Source: Omnitrophica WOR_2 bacterium GWF2_43_52
GTDB lineage: Bacteria > Omnitrophota > Gorgyraeia > Gygaellales > UBA12090
DNA: 64,000 bases
Reading direction: 5' to 3'
NCBI GenBank assembly: GCA_001805445.1
Contig: MHGF01000028.1
Span: 73,651 to 137,650, forward strand
A model generated the notes under the pieces. That model did no database searches. It had not been told where the DNA came from and saw only the letters and a list, made by a program, of their open reading frames with translations. This document shows, piece by piece, positions 1-9,143 of this stretch (its first letter is position 1; each line of letters opens with the position of its first letter). The position numbers and the translations under genes were made by a program.

Positions 1-23
1 CATTACTATGCTTTTACAATACT

Positions 24-176
24 TAGTTACTGCTGAAAAAGCCTGTAAATCGGCAAAAGGCTAAGGTTAGGAAGCCAGTATCGTATAACAGCGACGGTAA
101 CGTAATCCTGGCCGATTGACGATATGGGCATCGTTACCCTATCCGTAACCGAAAGACAAGCAGAATCACTAAACTA
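24..176. repeat. MITE-like element, family A (ends TAGTTA..GCTGAAAAA), degenerate right end
   Basis: Colinear similarity to 30485-30655 (gctgaaaaagc.tgt.aatcggcaa.ggcta...gaagcc.gtatcgt...acggtaacgt...gggcatcgt.acc.ta.cc) with an internal long hairpin. Confidence 0.55.
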
Positions 177-248
177 TTTTGTCATCTGAATTCAAAGGTT
201 ACTTTGGATATAAGTAATTAATCATACACGATCAACTATACACTCGAA

Positions 249-809
249 ATGCGCACCTTTATCGCTATCGAATTAGAAGAAAAAATAAAAGAATTTCTTT
301 CTAAGATTCAGGCTGAATTGAAAAAATTAGATGAGGATATAAAATGGGTTACTCCTCACAATGCGCATTTGACCTTAAAGTTTTTAGGAGAAGTAGAAGA
401 GCAAAAAATCCCAAAAATAATCCAACTACTTAAAGAAATAGCCTGCGCTGCAAAACCATTTACTATTGAGATAAAAGATATCGGAAGCTTTCCAAACCTG
501 AAATCACCGAGGGTTATCTGGGTAGGCGTTGAAAAAGGCAAAGAAGAATTAACGCGCCTGGCACATACGGTAGAAGACGCGCTCGTAAGCTTAAAATTCC
601 CTAAAGAGAGCAGGGCTTTTTCCACCCATTTTACCTTGGGCAGAGTCAAGCATATTAAAGATACGCAAGGTTTTCAGAAAGAAGTTGAGCAAATTCAATT
701 TCCCTTACTTGCCCAGGAAGTCACCTCCGTAACCCTCTTTAAAAGCACCCTTACCCCAAAAGGTCCAATCTACGAGAAACTAACCGAAACAAATTTAAGC
801 GGTAGATAA
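249..809 (+). CDS. thpR: RNA 2',3'-cyclic phosphodiesterase (2H phosphoesterase, LigT family)
   Basis: MRTFIAIEL start, two HxT motifs (HLTL, HFTL), C-terminal STLTPKGPIY. Confidence 0.93.
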   Translation: MRTFIAIELEEKIKEFLSKIQAELKKLDEDIKWVTPHNAHLTLKFLGEVEEQKIPKIIQLLKEIACAAKPFTIEIKDIGSFPNLKSPRVIWVGVEKGKEELTRLAHTVEDALVSLKFPKESRAFSTHFTLGRVKHIKDTQGFQKEVEQIQFPLLAQEVTSVTLFKSTLTPKGPIYEKLTETNLSGR

Positions 810-879
810 CAAAAAAGGGGACGGGTTCATTTTTTATCACGTATCTTTTTCTTAAAAAATGAACCCGTCCCCTTTTTTG
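810..879. repeat. REPIN-like inverted repeat, probable bidirectional terminator between thpR and tRNA-Tyr
   Basis: Arms caaaaaaggggacgggttcatttttt / aaaaaatgaacccgtccccttttttg; second copy at 9670-9737. Confidence 0.75.
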
Positions 880-892
880 CTTTTAAAATAAA

Positions 893-1189
893 TGGGCAGG
901 AGAGGATTCGAACCTCTGAAGCACAGGTGCAACAGATTTCAAGTGCCCTCAAGTTACCTCGAGGCTTGGACTATCTCATCATCCTTTTTGCAGGATGGTA
1001 GGCGCTTAGTCTCTGCACCTTCCCCGATAATCCCTAGATAGAAATAGGCACATATCGGGGCTTGGCTCAGGATTGCCCGCCACAAAACTCTGGCGGGGTT
1101 CCCTGAATTCACCTACTTTTCCACCATGCATTACTGCATGGCGCTGCGTTTACACAGTCTGTCCCCTTTGGCCGCTTGGGTACCTGCCC
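893..1189 (-). tRNA. tRNA-Tyr(GUA), intron-split: exon 1 1189-1154, exon 2 939-893
   Basis: Joined exons give GGGCAGGTACCCAAGCGGCCAAAGGGG-ACAGA-CTGTAAA-TCTGT-long variable arm-AGAGGTTCGAATCCTCT-CCTGCCC-A, a complete class II cloverleaf. Confidence 0.93.
940..1153 (-). ncRNA. Group I self-splicing intron (IC3-like, 214 nt, no internal ORF) between anticodon positions 35 and 36
   Basis: P1 with U.G at the 5' splice site (CUGU/GCAG), P2 and P9 GUAA tetraloops, P3 GUAGGUG/CGCCUAC, GAAUUCAGGGAA and GGCAAUCCUGAGCCAAG core, P7 GACUA/UAGUC, terminal omega-G. Confidence 0.93.
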
Positions 1190-1307
1190 ATAAAAAACTA
1201 TATTCTTTTACCCAATTCTTAATTACATTTAGTAATTTCTTGTCATTATATCTAATATGCACTAAACCGTAAAGCAATTTTCTCTTACTCACATCCACCT
1301 TATTCAT
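1190..1307 (-). pseudogene. Possible C-terminal remnant of a nuclease-like gene abutting tRNA-Tyr
   Basis: Open frame MNKVDVSKRKLLYGLVHIRYNDKKLLNVIKNWVKEYSFL runs into the tRNA; resemblance to tRNA-adjacent LAGLIDADG-like proteins is from memory, unverified. Confidence 0.35.
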
Positions 1308-1428
1308 TATTATATTTGGAAATTTCCTGGTTATTGTAATTTTTGTCTCAGCATAGAGCTTTAACTATATCTCAATTTAATTTATCTATGTACATATTTT
1401 ACTGAATAATTTATCAAAATTATTTAAA

Positions 1429-1501
1429 AGCTGGCGACCCGAATTGAACGGGCGACCCCCTCATTACAAGTGAGGAGCTCTACCAACTGAGCTACGCCAG
1501 C
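1429..1501 (-). tRNA. tRNA-Thr(UGU)
   Basis: GCTGGCGTAGCTCAGTTGGTAGAGC..CCTCA-CTTGTAA-TGAGG..GTTCAATTC..CGCCAGC-T cloverleaf. Confidence 0.95.
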
Positions 1502-1506
1502 AAAGT

Positions 1507-1923
1507 CTATTTTTCAAGCAAGTCAAATCTCGATTCATACTTTCTAGCCATAATCACAAATTTCTTTTGCTTATTTTTAGTTGGTGATAAACGTAACTTG
1601 AGACATCTCTTATTTCCAACGTTATTAAGCGAAATAAAATATACCTTGTTTGATTGAGGAGAATAAGCAGCAATAATGTCTACATCTTTTCGTGAATAAT
1701 GTATTATGTTATAATTATTTGAGCTCCTAAAAGATATGTCTATTACACCGTTTTTAGGTGTAATATATTTAACTTGAATGCGCTTAAAAATTCCATTCTT
1801 CTCGCTCACAAGGTCATACCGGCCATCTTCTCCCCATGGAACAAGAACATTAAACCCTTCTTGTTTTAATAAATAGGCTACATATGCTTCGGCAATATCG
1901 CCTTTTTGCTTTGTAATAGCCAT
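1507..1923 (-). CDS. Group I intron-associated PD-(D/E)XK endonuclease (I-Ssp6803I / PDDEXK_5-like), free-standing
   Basis: TKQKGDIAE...PWGEDGRYDLV...RIQVK...Y...DVDIIAAY...VYFI...LRL.PTKNKQKK motifs; AT-rich; alternative GTG start at 1932. Confidence 0.85.
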   Translation of the reverse strand: MAITKQKGDIAEAYVAYLLKQEGFNVLVPWGEDGRYDLVSEKNGIFKRIQVKYITPKNGVIDISFRSSNNYNIIHYSRKDVDIIAAYSPQSNKVYFISLNNVGNKRCLKLRLSPTKNKQKKFVIMARKYESRFDLLEK

Positions 1924-1924
1924 C

Positions 1925-2809
1925 TCAACCACTCTTTTTTATCGCCGCGGGAATTTTATCTATTATATCAGAAGCAATCATGCCGGCCTGAGTTTTTTCC
2001 TTTGCGGCTAAATCTCCTGCTAAGCCGTGCAGGAATACCCCTATTCTTGCCGCCTCAAAGCCGTTTAAACCTTGTCCAAGTAACGCGGCAATCATCCCTG
2101 TCAACACATCTCCAGAGCCTGCGGTTGCCATTCCGGGATTGCCGGTTGTATTGATATATACTTTTTTATCAGGCGAAACGACAATGGTCTTATGCCCCTT
2201 TAAAACAAGGATTATATTATAATCAGAAGCAATTTTTTTTGCAAGCTTTTCCCTGTTTTTTTGGATATAAGTAACAGGCTTGCCAATCAGACGGCTGAAT
2301 TCCGCAAGATGAGGAGTCAGTATCGTCGTCCTCCGTCTCTCGTCATTCGTCCTTCGCGAGATATCTAAACTGCCAGCTAACGCATTCAGGCCATCCGCGT
2401 CTATAACCATCGGCTTATCTATAGTAGAGATAATCTTACGAACTAACCTCTGAGTTGAAGGATTCCGTGATAACCCCGGGCCCATCGCCAAGACATCTGC
2501 TTTTTTCGCAAAATCAAAGATTTTCTTATACGCGGCAAAGCTCAAGGTTTTCTCTTTCGTTTCAGGCAATGGTTTTGTCATTACCTCAACAGAAACCCTC
2601 TTTGCCACAATGCTATACTGGCTCTCAGGTATCCCCAAAGTCACCAGCCCCGCGCCTGTGCGCATCGCGCTATTGGCGCAAAGGATGGCCGCGCCGGTAA
2701 AACCTCTTGAACCGGCTAAGATAAATATATGGCCGTAATCGCCTTTATGGGTATCGAGCTTTCTATGAGAAAAAACACTAGGTACTGCTCTTTTTGACGA
2801 GGATGACAT
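1925..2809 (-). CDS. nnrD: ADP-dependent NAD(P)H-hydrate dehydratase
   Basis: HKGDYG, AGSRGFTGA, MGPGLSR, VIDADGLN, LTPHLAEF, MATAGSGDVL; start uncertain. Confidence 0.9.
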   Translation of the reverse strand: MSSSSKRAVPSVFSHRKLDTHKGDYGHIFILAGSRGFTGAAILCANSAMRTGAGLVTLGIPESQYSIVAKRVSVEVMTKPLPETKEKTLSFAAYKKIFDFAKKADVLAMGPGLSRNPSTQRLVRKIISTIDKPMVIDADGLNALAGSLDISRRTNDERRRTTILTPHLAEFSRLIGKPVTYIQKNREKLAKKIASDYNIILVLKGHKTIVVSPDKKVYINTTGNPGMATAGSGDVLTGMIAALLGQGLNGFEAARIGVFLHGLAGDLAAKEKTQAGMIASDIIDKIPAAIKKSG

Positions 2810-3167
2810 TGGCAACGGCAAAAGTATGCGTATGCGACATACTGATAATAATATCCGTGATTTGTTTAGCCTCTTTTATCTTTAATGCCTCACCTGAGAG
2901 GCGGATATAAGGCTTCCCGAATTCATCATTTAATACTTCTATATTATGCCACTCAATATGCTGAATCGAAGAATCACCAATTGCCTTAAGTACTGCTTCT
3001 TTAGCGGCAAAACGCGCTGCCAAATGTTGATAGGCAAACTTTTTATTCTGTGAATACTGTACTTCATTATCGGTAAATATCCGTTTTAAAAAGGCGCTAT
3101 CCCAGCGCTCAACAGCCTCTTTAATCCGCGAAACCTCAATGATATCTACTCCGATTCCCGCGATCAT
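2778..3167 (-). CDS. acpS: holo-[ACP] synthase
   Basis: GIGVDIIEVSRI, LAARFAAKEAVLKA, ISMSH. Confidence 0.95.
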   Translation of the reverse strand: MIAGIGVDIIEVSRIKEAVERWDSAFLKRIFTDNEVQYSQNKKFAYQHLAARFAAKEAVLKAIGDSSIQHIEWHNIEVLNDEFGKPYIRLSGEALKIKEAKQITDIIISMSHTHTFAVANVILVKKSST

Positions 3168-3877
3168 GTGGCTAAAAGAAGCATCTGCCTTACCGCGGCC
3201 TCAAGGCCTACAAAGATACTCCGGCAAATGATAGAATAACCGATATTCAATTCTTCGATACCGCTTATGCGCGCGATTGGCTTGACATTATCATAATCCA
3301 GGCCATGGCCGGCATTCACGGTTAAACCCAAGGTTTGCGCGTACTCAGTTGCCTTAATAATTTCCGTTAATCGCGCCTCCCTATGCAGCTTTGTTTTTGC
3401 CTCCGCGTAACGGCCTGTATGAATCTCAATGATCTTTGCCCCGACTTCAGGCGCTAAAGCTATCTGTCTCTTATCCGGATCAATAAACAAGCTTACGTCT
3501 ATACCGCTCTTTCGCAATTGCTCAATAACCTTGGCTAACCGGCGCTTATAGGTAATGATACATAAGCCTCCTTCAGTAGTAAGCTCCTGCCTTTTTTCCG
3601 GAACCAGCGTTGCCTGGTGAGGTTTGAGCCGACAGGCAATCTCTACAATCTCGGGAACAATCGACATCTCCAGGTTAAATCTTGTTCTTACCGTCTTTTT
3701 CAAGCGCTTCACATCGCTATCATTAATATGTCTTCTGTCCTCTCGCAGATGCGCTACAATAGAATGACTTCCTGCCTTCTCGCAAAGAGAAGCCGCAGAG
3801 ACAGGATCAGGAAATACTCCCTTGCGCGCCTGGCGCAGCGTTGCCACATGGTCGATATTAACACCCAATTTTGCCAT
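3164..3877 (-). CDS. pdxJ: Pyridoxine 5'-phosphate synthase
   Basis: LGVNIDHVATLRQAR, HLREDRRHI, NAGHGL, ELNIG. Confidence 0.96.
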   Translation of the reverse strand: MAKLGVNIDHVATLRQARKGVFPDPVSAASLCEKAGSHSIVAHLREDRRHINDSDVKRLKKTVRTRFNLEMSIVPEIVEIACRLKPHQATLVPEKRQELTTEGGLCIITYKRRLAKVIEQLRKSGIDVSLFIDPDKRQIALAPEVGAKIIEIHTGRYAEAKTKLHREARLTEIIKATEYAQTLGLTVNAGHGLDYDNVKPIARISGIEELNIGYSIICRSIFVGLEAAVRQMLLLAT

Positions 3878-3880
3878 GCG

Positions 3881-4003
3881 TTACATCCCCAAAAACGGAA
3901 TCACGAGCTTCGTTATTTGTCCGTTAATATATAACCAGGTAAGAATTGCCAAAATCAAAGCGATAAACTTTAAACTGAAATTTTTAAACAGCCGGATTCT
4001 CAA
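3881..4003 (-). CDS. 40-aa single-TM protein resembling the CdaR/YbbR membrane anchor
   Basis: AGGAG RBS, TTG start overlapping the cdaA stop; MRIRLFKNFSLKFIALILAILTWLYINGQITKLVIPFLGM. Confidence 0.65.
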   Translation of the reverse strand: MRIRLFKNFSLKFIALILAILTWLYINGQITKLVIPFLGM

Positions 4004-4800
4004 CTTTTTCTCCTGTTTATCCTTACTGATTTATCATTTTTCTTTGGCTTAAAATAACTTTTAAAATTTTCAAACAAGTCATCAGTAGACATATCCCGCG
4101 TCAGCCTGCCTCCATGGCACATAGAAATATCTCCGGTTTCTTCTGATACTGTGACAATGACCGCGTCTGTCTGCTCCGCTAAACCAATAGCCGCGCGATG
4201 GCGCGTGCCGAAAACACGGCTCAAATCCTGTTTTCCCGTGAGCGGGAAAAGGCACCCCGCGGCAACAACCCTGCCTTGCTGTATCACGATACCTCCATCG
4301 TGTAAAAGGCTGTTAGGAGTAAAAATTGTCTGCAATAATTCCGCACTAACCTTACTATCGATGGGAACTCCGGTTTCGACATACTCTTTAAGGCTTTCCT
4401 CCTTCTCCAGGGCAATTAATGCCCCCACCTTTTGCTTGCTCAAGATCTCCACAGCCTTAACAATCTCGCCGAGCATAGCATCAACCTCTTTTTCAGGAAT
4501 AACGGGTATGAAAACATTGTGCTGTCCTAAGCGGGCTAACCCTTGCCGTATTTCCGGCTGAAAAATAATCAGAAAACCGATAATGGAAATACCGAACAAA
4601 TGGGTGAGCAGCCAGTCTAAGGTCTCTAAACGCAGTATCTGGACAATAAAGAAAGCGAACACCAGGATAATAATGCCTCGCAGCACCTGAAGCGCCCGCG
4701 TTCCCTGAAAAAACAACATAATCCGATAGATCACAAACCAGAGAATAATAATCTCTAAGGTTATTTTCCAATTAAGGGTAATAGCGCCGATTGTTAGCAT
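4000..4800 (-). CDS. cdaA: Diadenylate cyclase CdaA/DacA
   Basis: Three N-terminal TM helices, IIFQPEIR, LHDGG and GTRHRAA motifs. Confidence 0.93.
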   Translation of the reverse strand: MLTIGAITLNWKITLEIIILWFVIYRIMLFFQGTRALQVLRGIIILVFAFFIVQILRLETLDWLLTHLFGISIIGFLIIFQPEIRQGLARLGQHNVFIPVIPEKEVDAMLGEIVKAVEILSKQKVGALIALEKEESLKEYVETGVPIDSKVSAELLQTIFTPNSLLHDGGIVIQQGRVVAAGCLFPLTGKQDLSRVFGTRHRAAIGLAEQTDAVIVTVSEETGDISMCHGGRLTRDMSTDDLFENFKSYFKPKKNDKSVRINRRKS

Positions 4801-6020
4801 TCTAATAGAGTATCCAAAACAGCCATTGCCTTTTTTGTTTCCTTAACATCATGGACTCTTACTATGTGCGCGCCGTTTGTGACTGCAAAACAATTACTGC
4901 TGATTGTTCCCGCAAGCCTTTCCGATACCGGATCCCCGGTCAGTTTTCCGATAAATGACTTTCGCGATGTACCAATGACAATAGGCCTGCCCAGGCTTTT
5001 GAGCTGGCTCAACGATTTAAGAATAGCGATAGTATGGTCGAGGGTCTTGCCAAAGCCTATCCCGGGGTCAATCACAATTTTTTTAAAATCAATCCCCGCG
5101 CTAAGGCAGGCCATTATGGCATTCCGCAAATAACCGGTAACTTCTTCCATCACGTTGTGATAGACAGGCTCAACCTGCATAGTCCGAGGCTTTCCTTTCA
5201 TATGCATAAGCACGACTGCCGCTTTATGGCGCTTAATTACTTTTGCCATCAGGGAATCGGCGCTTAATGCGGTAATATCATTGATGATGTCGGCGCCATT
5301 GGCTAACGCTTGACTGGCCACCTCAGATTTATACGTATCGATGGAAAGAGGGATCTTGACCTTTTTTCTTATTTTTTTTAAAACAGGAATCAATCGCTGT
5401 AATTCTTCTTTTACGCTCACCGGCTTCGCGCCGGGCCGTGAAGACTCTGCTCCTACATCAAGAATATCAGCGCCTTCATCCACTAACTTCTGGGCGTAGT
5501 CTGTTATATAATTTAAATCTGGTGACGTGGTGACGTGGTGACGTGGTGACGTAAACAACCCATCACCGCTAAAAGAATCAGGAGTAAGATTCACGATACC
5601 CATAATATGGGTACGAGAACTCAAATTGAGCCGATAGCTGCCTGCTTCCAAGATAAAACCATCATAATGGTAATAGGCAAGCGCGCGCTGAAGTTCAACC
5701 GACACCTGGCTTAATTTATACGGCTGGCGCTTGAGCTTCTCACATAGCTTTCTAAAATGCAACAAGGTGCCAATAATAATGCAATCGGTATGCTTGATTT
5801 TTCCCGTCATAGCGTTGCGGGAAACCGCGGTATCGGCACCTAAAGAAAGCGTTTCCTGCTTTAAGATATGTGCGGCAAAGATAGGGAGTTTGCGAATCCT
5901 GACTAAATGAACAACGGTTTTAGGGGCCATAATCTCGATACCCGTAGGATCAACCCCTAATTCCCGCATCAGCTTTTGCGCTTCTTTTTGATTACGGCAG
6001 GAAAGGATGCTAATATTCAT
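4794..6020 (-). CDS. folP: Dihydropteroate synthase with N-terminal extension
   Basis: MGIVNLTPDSFSGDG, DVGAESSRPG, IDPGIGFGK, GTSRKSF, VRVHDV. Confidence 0.94.
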   Translation of the reverse strand: MNISILSCRNQKEAQKLMRELGVDPTGIEIMAPKTVVHLVRIRKLPIFAAHILKQETLSLGADTAVSRNAMTGKIKHTDCIIIGTLLHFRKLCEKLKRQPYKLSQVSVELQRALAYYHYDGFILEAGSYRLNLSSRTHIMGIVNLTPDSFSGDGLFTSPRHHVTTSPDLNYITDYAQKLVDEGADILDVGAESSRPGAKPVSVKEELQRLIPVLKKIRKKVKIPLSIDTYKSEVASQALANGADIINDITALSADSLMAKVIKRHKAAVVLMHMKGKPRTMQVEPVYHNVMEEVTGYLRNAIMACLSAGIDFKKIVIDPGIGFGKTLDHTIAILKSLSQLKSLGRPIVIGTSRKSFIGKLTGDPVSERLAGTISSNCFAVTNGAHIVRVHDVKETKKAMAVLDTLLEC

Positions 6021-6034
6021 CTAAAACTAACACA

Positions 6035-6198
6035 TAGTAGACCGTGACATTAATTATTGCAAAACAACCAAACATCAATTTCCAATAACCAAATAATAAC
6101 CAATGTGCAAATGGCCAAACAATTTGATTATTGCCTTTCTGATGGGAGGCAAGGGCATTGGTGATTTATACTCAATAATTTTAGTCACAGTGCACTAG
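6035..6198. mobile_element. MITE-like element, family C
   Basis: Imperfect terminal inverted repeats accgtgacattaattattg / caataattttagtcacagt enclosing ccaataa-like heptamers; right end overlaps the ftsH stop. Confidence 0.5.
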
Positions 6199-8084
6199 GA
6201 AGGTTTTGAGGCAGGGGGCGGAGAACTTACCTCCAGCCCGATCAAGCGCCTGACCTCTTGTCCGTCAAGGACTTCTTTCTCAAGCAATGTCTTAGTCAAA
6301 AGCTTGAGTTTATCCAGATTCTTCTGCAGCAATTGTTTTGCCTGTAAATAGCATTCATCAACGATATGCTTTACCTCCGTGTCAATGAGCTTCGCGGTAT
6401 CTTCACTATAGTTTCTTTCCTCAACAATATCCCTGCCTAAGAATAACGGCCCATGCCGTCTGCCTAAAGTAATATTGCCGAGCCGCTCACTCATACCTAA
6501 ATCACACACCATATGCCGCGCCATAGAGGTAACATACTCAAGGTCATTCTGCGCGCCTGTAGTCACCTCGCCTAAATTCACCTCTTCTGACGCCCTTCCG
6601 CCAAGCGATATGATAAGCCGCGCAACAAGCTCCTTCTTGGTGTAATAATGACGGTCCTCTGTGGGAGGCGTCAAGGTATAGCCGCCGGCTAAACCCCGGG
6701 GGATAATGGAAACCTTTTTTACCGGATCCGCCTCAGGGAGCAATAACGATAAAATAGCATGGCCTGCTTCATGATAGGCGGTAACCTCTTTTTCATGTTT
6801 TGACATCACCCTGCTTTTTTTCTCAGGGCCTATCATCACCCGCTCTATCGCCGATTCCAACTCTGCCTGTTCTACTGCCTCCTTGTTGCGCCGGGCAGCC
6901 AGAAGCGCTCCCTCATTACAGAGATTAGCGAGGTCCGCGCCGGAAAATCCCGATGTTTGCTGCGCGATAGCTTTCAAATCTACATTAGGCGCTAATTTTA
7001 TTTTACTGCTGTGCACCTTAAGGATTGCCTCGCGTCCGGCGATATCCGGGAAGTTAACCACAATTTGGCGGTCAAACCTTCCCGGCCTTAGTAACGCGGG
7101 GTCTAAGGTATCCGGGCGGTTAGTAGCGGCAATCAAAATAATCCCCTCTTCAGTAGCAAAACCGTCCATCTCAACCAAGAGCTGATTCAAAGTCTGCTCG
7201 CGTTCATCATGGCCCCCGCCGATTCCCGCGAAACGCAAGCGCCCCACCGCGTCAATTTCATCAATGAAGATAATAGCGCCTCTACCCGAAACCTTCGAGG
7301 CTTTACGCCCCTGTTCAAATAAATCCCTTACTCTTGAAGCGCCGACACCCACAAACATTTCCACAAAATCAGAGCCGCTGATAGAGAAAAACGGCACCCC
7401 AGCTTCACCGGCAACCGCCTTTGCCACTAACGTCTTCCCGCAGCCGGGTGGGCCGACGAGCAATACCCCCTTAGGAATTTTACCGCCAAGCTTCTGAAAT
7501 TTTTTAGGGTCTTTCAAAAATTCAATGACTTCCTGTAATTCTTCCTTTGCTTCATCGACGCCCGCGACATCATTAAAGGTTGTCTTTTGAGCCTTTGTCT
7601 CATCGGATAATTTCGCCCGTATCTTGCCAAAACCCATAATACGGTTGCCCAACTGCTCGCCTCTTGCTGCCATAAGCCACCAGAAAAAAATCAACAATAA
7701 TACCGGCCCCAGAGAAAAAAGAAGCGACATTAAAAGCGGCTGGGTTTTAATTTCAAAGTGCGAGACATTTTCCCTAAGAAGCGCTAATAAGTCCCTGTCA
7801 TTATCCGGGATTAAGACTATAAATTTCTTTTTATCCTTTAATTCTCCTTCAAGGCGGCTGTCTATTTTGGCAACTCGCGCAATCGCTCCACTCGCGGGAT
7901 TTTCTTTTAAAAGCCGGTAAAAATCACCGTATTTTATTTCCTCAATAGGCATGATATTAACAAAATTAAGAAAATAAATGGCTCCGAGAATAATCAACAG
8001 CCATGCCATATTCGGCCGTTTCACATTTAATGGAGAATTAATTTTAGGCTTTACTTTTGGTTGTTTACCATTCATGAGGGGCAT
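6195..8084 (-). CDS. ftsH: ATP-dependent zinc metalloprotease FtsH
   Basis: Two TM helices, Walker [24 protein letters not shown]. Confidence 0.97.
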   Translation of the reverse strand: MPLMNGKQPKVKPKINSPLNVKRPNMAWLLIILGAIYFLNFVNIMPIEEIKYGDFYRLLKENPASGAIARVAKIDSRLEGELKDKKKFIVLIPDNDRDLLALLRENVSHFEIKTQPLLMSLLFSLGPVLLLIFFWWLMAARGEQLGNRIMGFGKIRAKLSDETKAQKTTFNDVAGVDEAKEELQEVIEFLKDPKKFQKLGGKIPKGVLLVGPPGCGKTLVAKAVAGEAGVPFFSISGSDFVEMFVGVGASRVRDLFEQGRKASKVSGRGAIIFIDEIDAVGRLRFAGIGGGHDEREQTLNQLLVEMDGFATEEGIILIAATNRPDTLDPALLRPGRFDRQIVVNFPDIAGREAILKVHSSKIKLAPNVDLKAIAQQTSGFSGADLANLCNEGALLAARRNKEAVEQAELESAIERVMIGPEKKSRVMSKHEKEVTAYHEAGHAILSLLLPEADPVKKVSIIPRGLAGGYTLTPPTEDRHYYTKKELVARLIISLGGRASEEVNLGEVTTGAQNDLEYVTSMARHMVCDLGMSERLGNITLGRRHGPLFLGRDIVEERNYSEDTAKLIDTEVKHIVDECYLQAKQLLQKNLDKLKLLTKTLLEKEVLDGQEVRRLIGLEVSSPPPASKPS

Positions 8085-8147
8085 CCTTTCTTGAGATTGA
8101 ATTATAAAGCTAAAAACAAATAAACGCAAGCCATATTTATCCTGAGC

Positions 8148-9143
8148 TTATCGGTTGCGAAAATACGCGCAGATACAAGCCTTATCTAAACGCAGAGAAA
8201 TTTTGAAGGGTAAATCAACAATTGATCCGATAGGTCGGTTATATGCCATATCTTTAATCTCTTTAATATGCCTGGCAGTAAGCCTGCGGGTATCACCTTT
8301 TAAGCGTTCAAACGTAAACCTTAGGGCTAAATTCTGGAGCGCAGGATGCAGGAGAAAGAATTTTTTTAGGTCTAGTCTAACACAGCTTCCGGTTTCAATT
8401 GTTTTAATAGCTTGAAAAGCCTTAGAACCCGCAGCCAAAAGGTAATCATAATCCAAGGCGATATGTTCAGCGGTAGCAGCTAAAACTGTTTTGATATTAG
8501 GATTGTATTTTTTTAGTTCGCCTAACAGCTTGTGCCGGATCCTGTTACGCAGATAAACCTCGCTTTGATTCGTTATATCTATCCTTGGGGTAATCTTCCT
8601 TAATCTAAGGAATGTTTCAATTTCACTTCTTTGAATTTCCAGTAATGGCCTGATAATAACAAAATCCCCCATCTTTTTACGAGGCAGAATACCCGCCAGC
8701 CCCATGAGCCCGCTGCCGCGGAGCATACGCATCAGCACGGTCTCCGCCTGGTCATCTAACGTATGGCCTAAGGCAATCTTTTTGGCTCCGACTTTCTTTG
8801 CTGTTTCAAAAAAGAAATCAAAACGTTCTTTTCGCGCCAGCTCTTCAAACGAGCCTTTTTGCGCGAGTTTTGCGATAGCTACCTTTTTAAAGAACGCGGG
8901 GATCTTCAATTTCTCTGATAACTCAAAAACAAACCGCGCGTCTTTTTCAGAGTCTTTACCTCTGAGCATATGATCAAGATGAGCGATAGAGAGCGTCAGG
9001 CCATATTCTTTTTGCAGCGCCCTTAAAAGATACACCAGGCATACCGAATCCGGTCCTCCTGAAACACCGATGACAATCGTATCGTTTGCGTTTATTAACT
9101 GAGAGCGCTTTACTGATTGCTTAAACTTACTAAGAAGGGGCAT
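8148..9143 (-). CDS. tilS: tRNA(Ile)-lysidine synthetase (short form)
   Basis: SGGPDS PP-loop, HLDHMLRG, GHTLDDQAETV, RNRIR. Confidence 0.95.
   Translation of the reverse strand: MPLLSKFKQSVKRSQLINANDTIVIGVSGGPDSVCLVYLLRALQKEYGLTLSIAHLDHMLRGKDSEKDARFVFELSEKLKIPAFFKKVAIAKLAQKGSFEELARKERFDFFFETAKKVGAKKIALGHTLDDQAETVLMRMLRGSGLMGLAGILPRKKMGDFVIIRPLLEIQRSEIETFLRLRKITPRIDITNQSEVYLRNRIRHKLLGELKKYNPNIKTVLAATAEHIALDYDYLLAAGSKAFQAIKTIETGSCVRLDLKKFFLLHPALQNLALRFTFERLKGDTRRLTARHIKEIKDMAYNRPIGSIVDLPFKISLRLDKACICAYFRNR

Noticed and set aside
249-809. thpR (LigT-like) as the ligase for the neighbouring split tRNA
   Set aside because: Group I introns ligate their own exons by transesterification. ThpR is a common housekeeping phosphodiesterase, so adjacency alone is not evidence.
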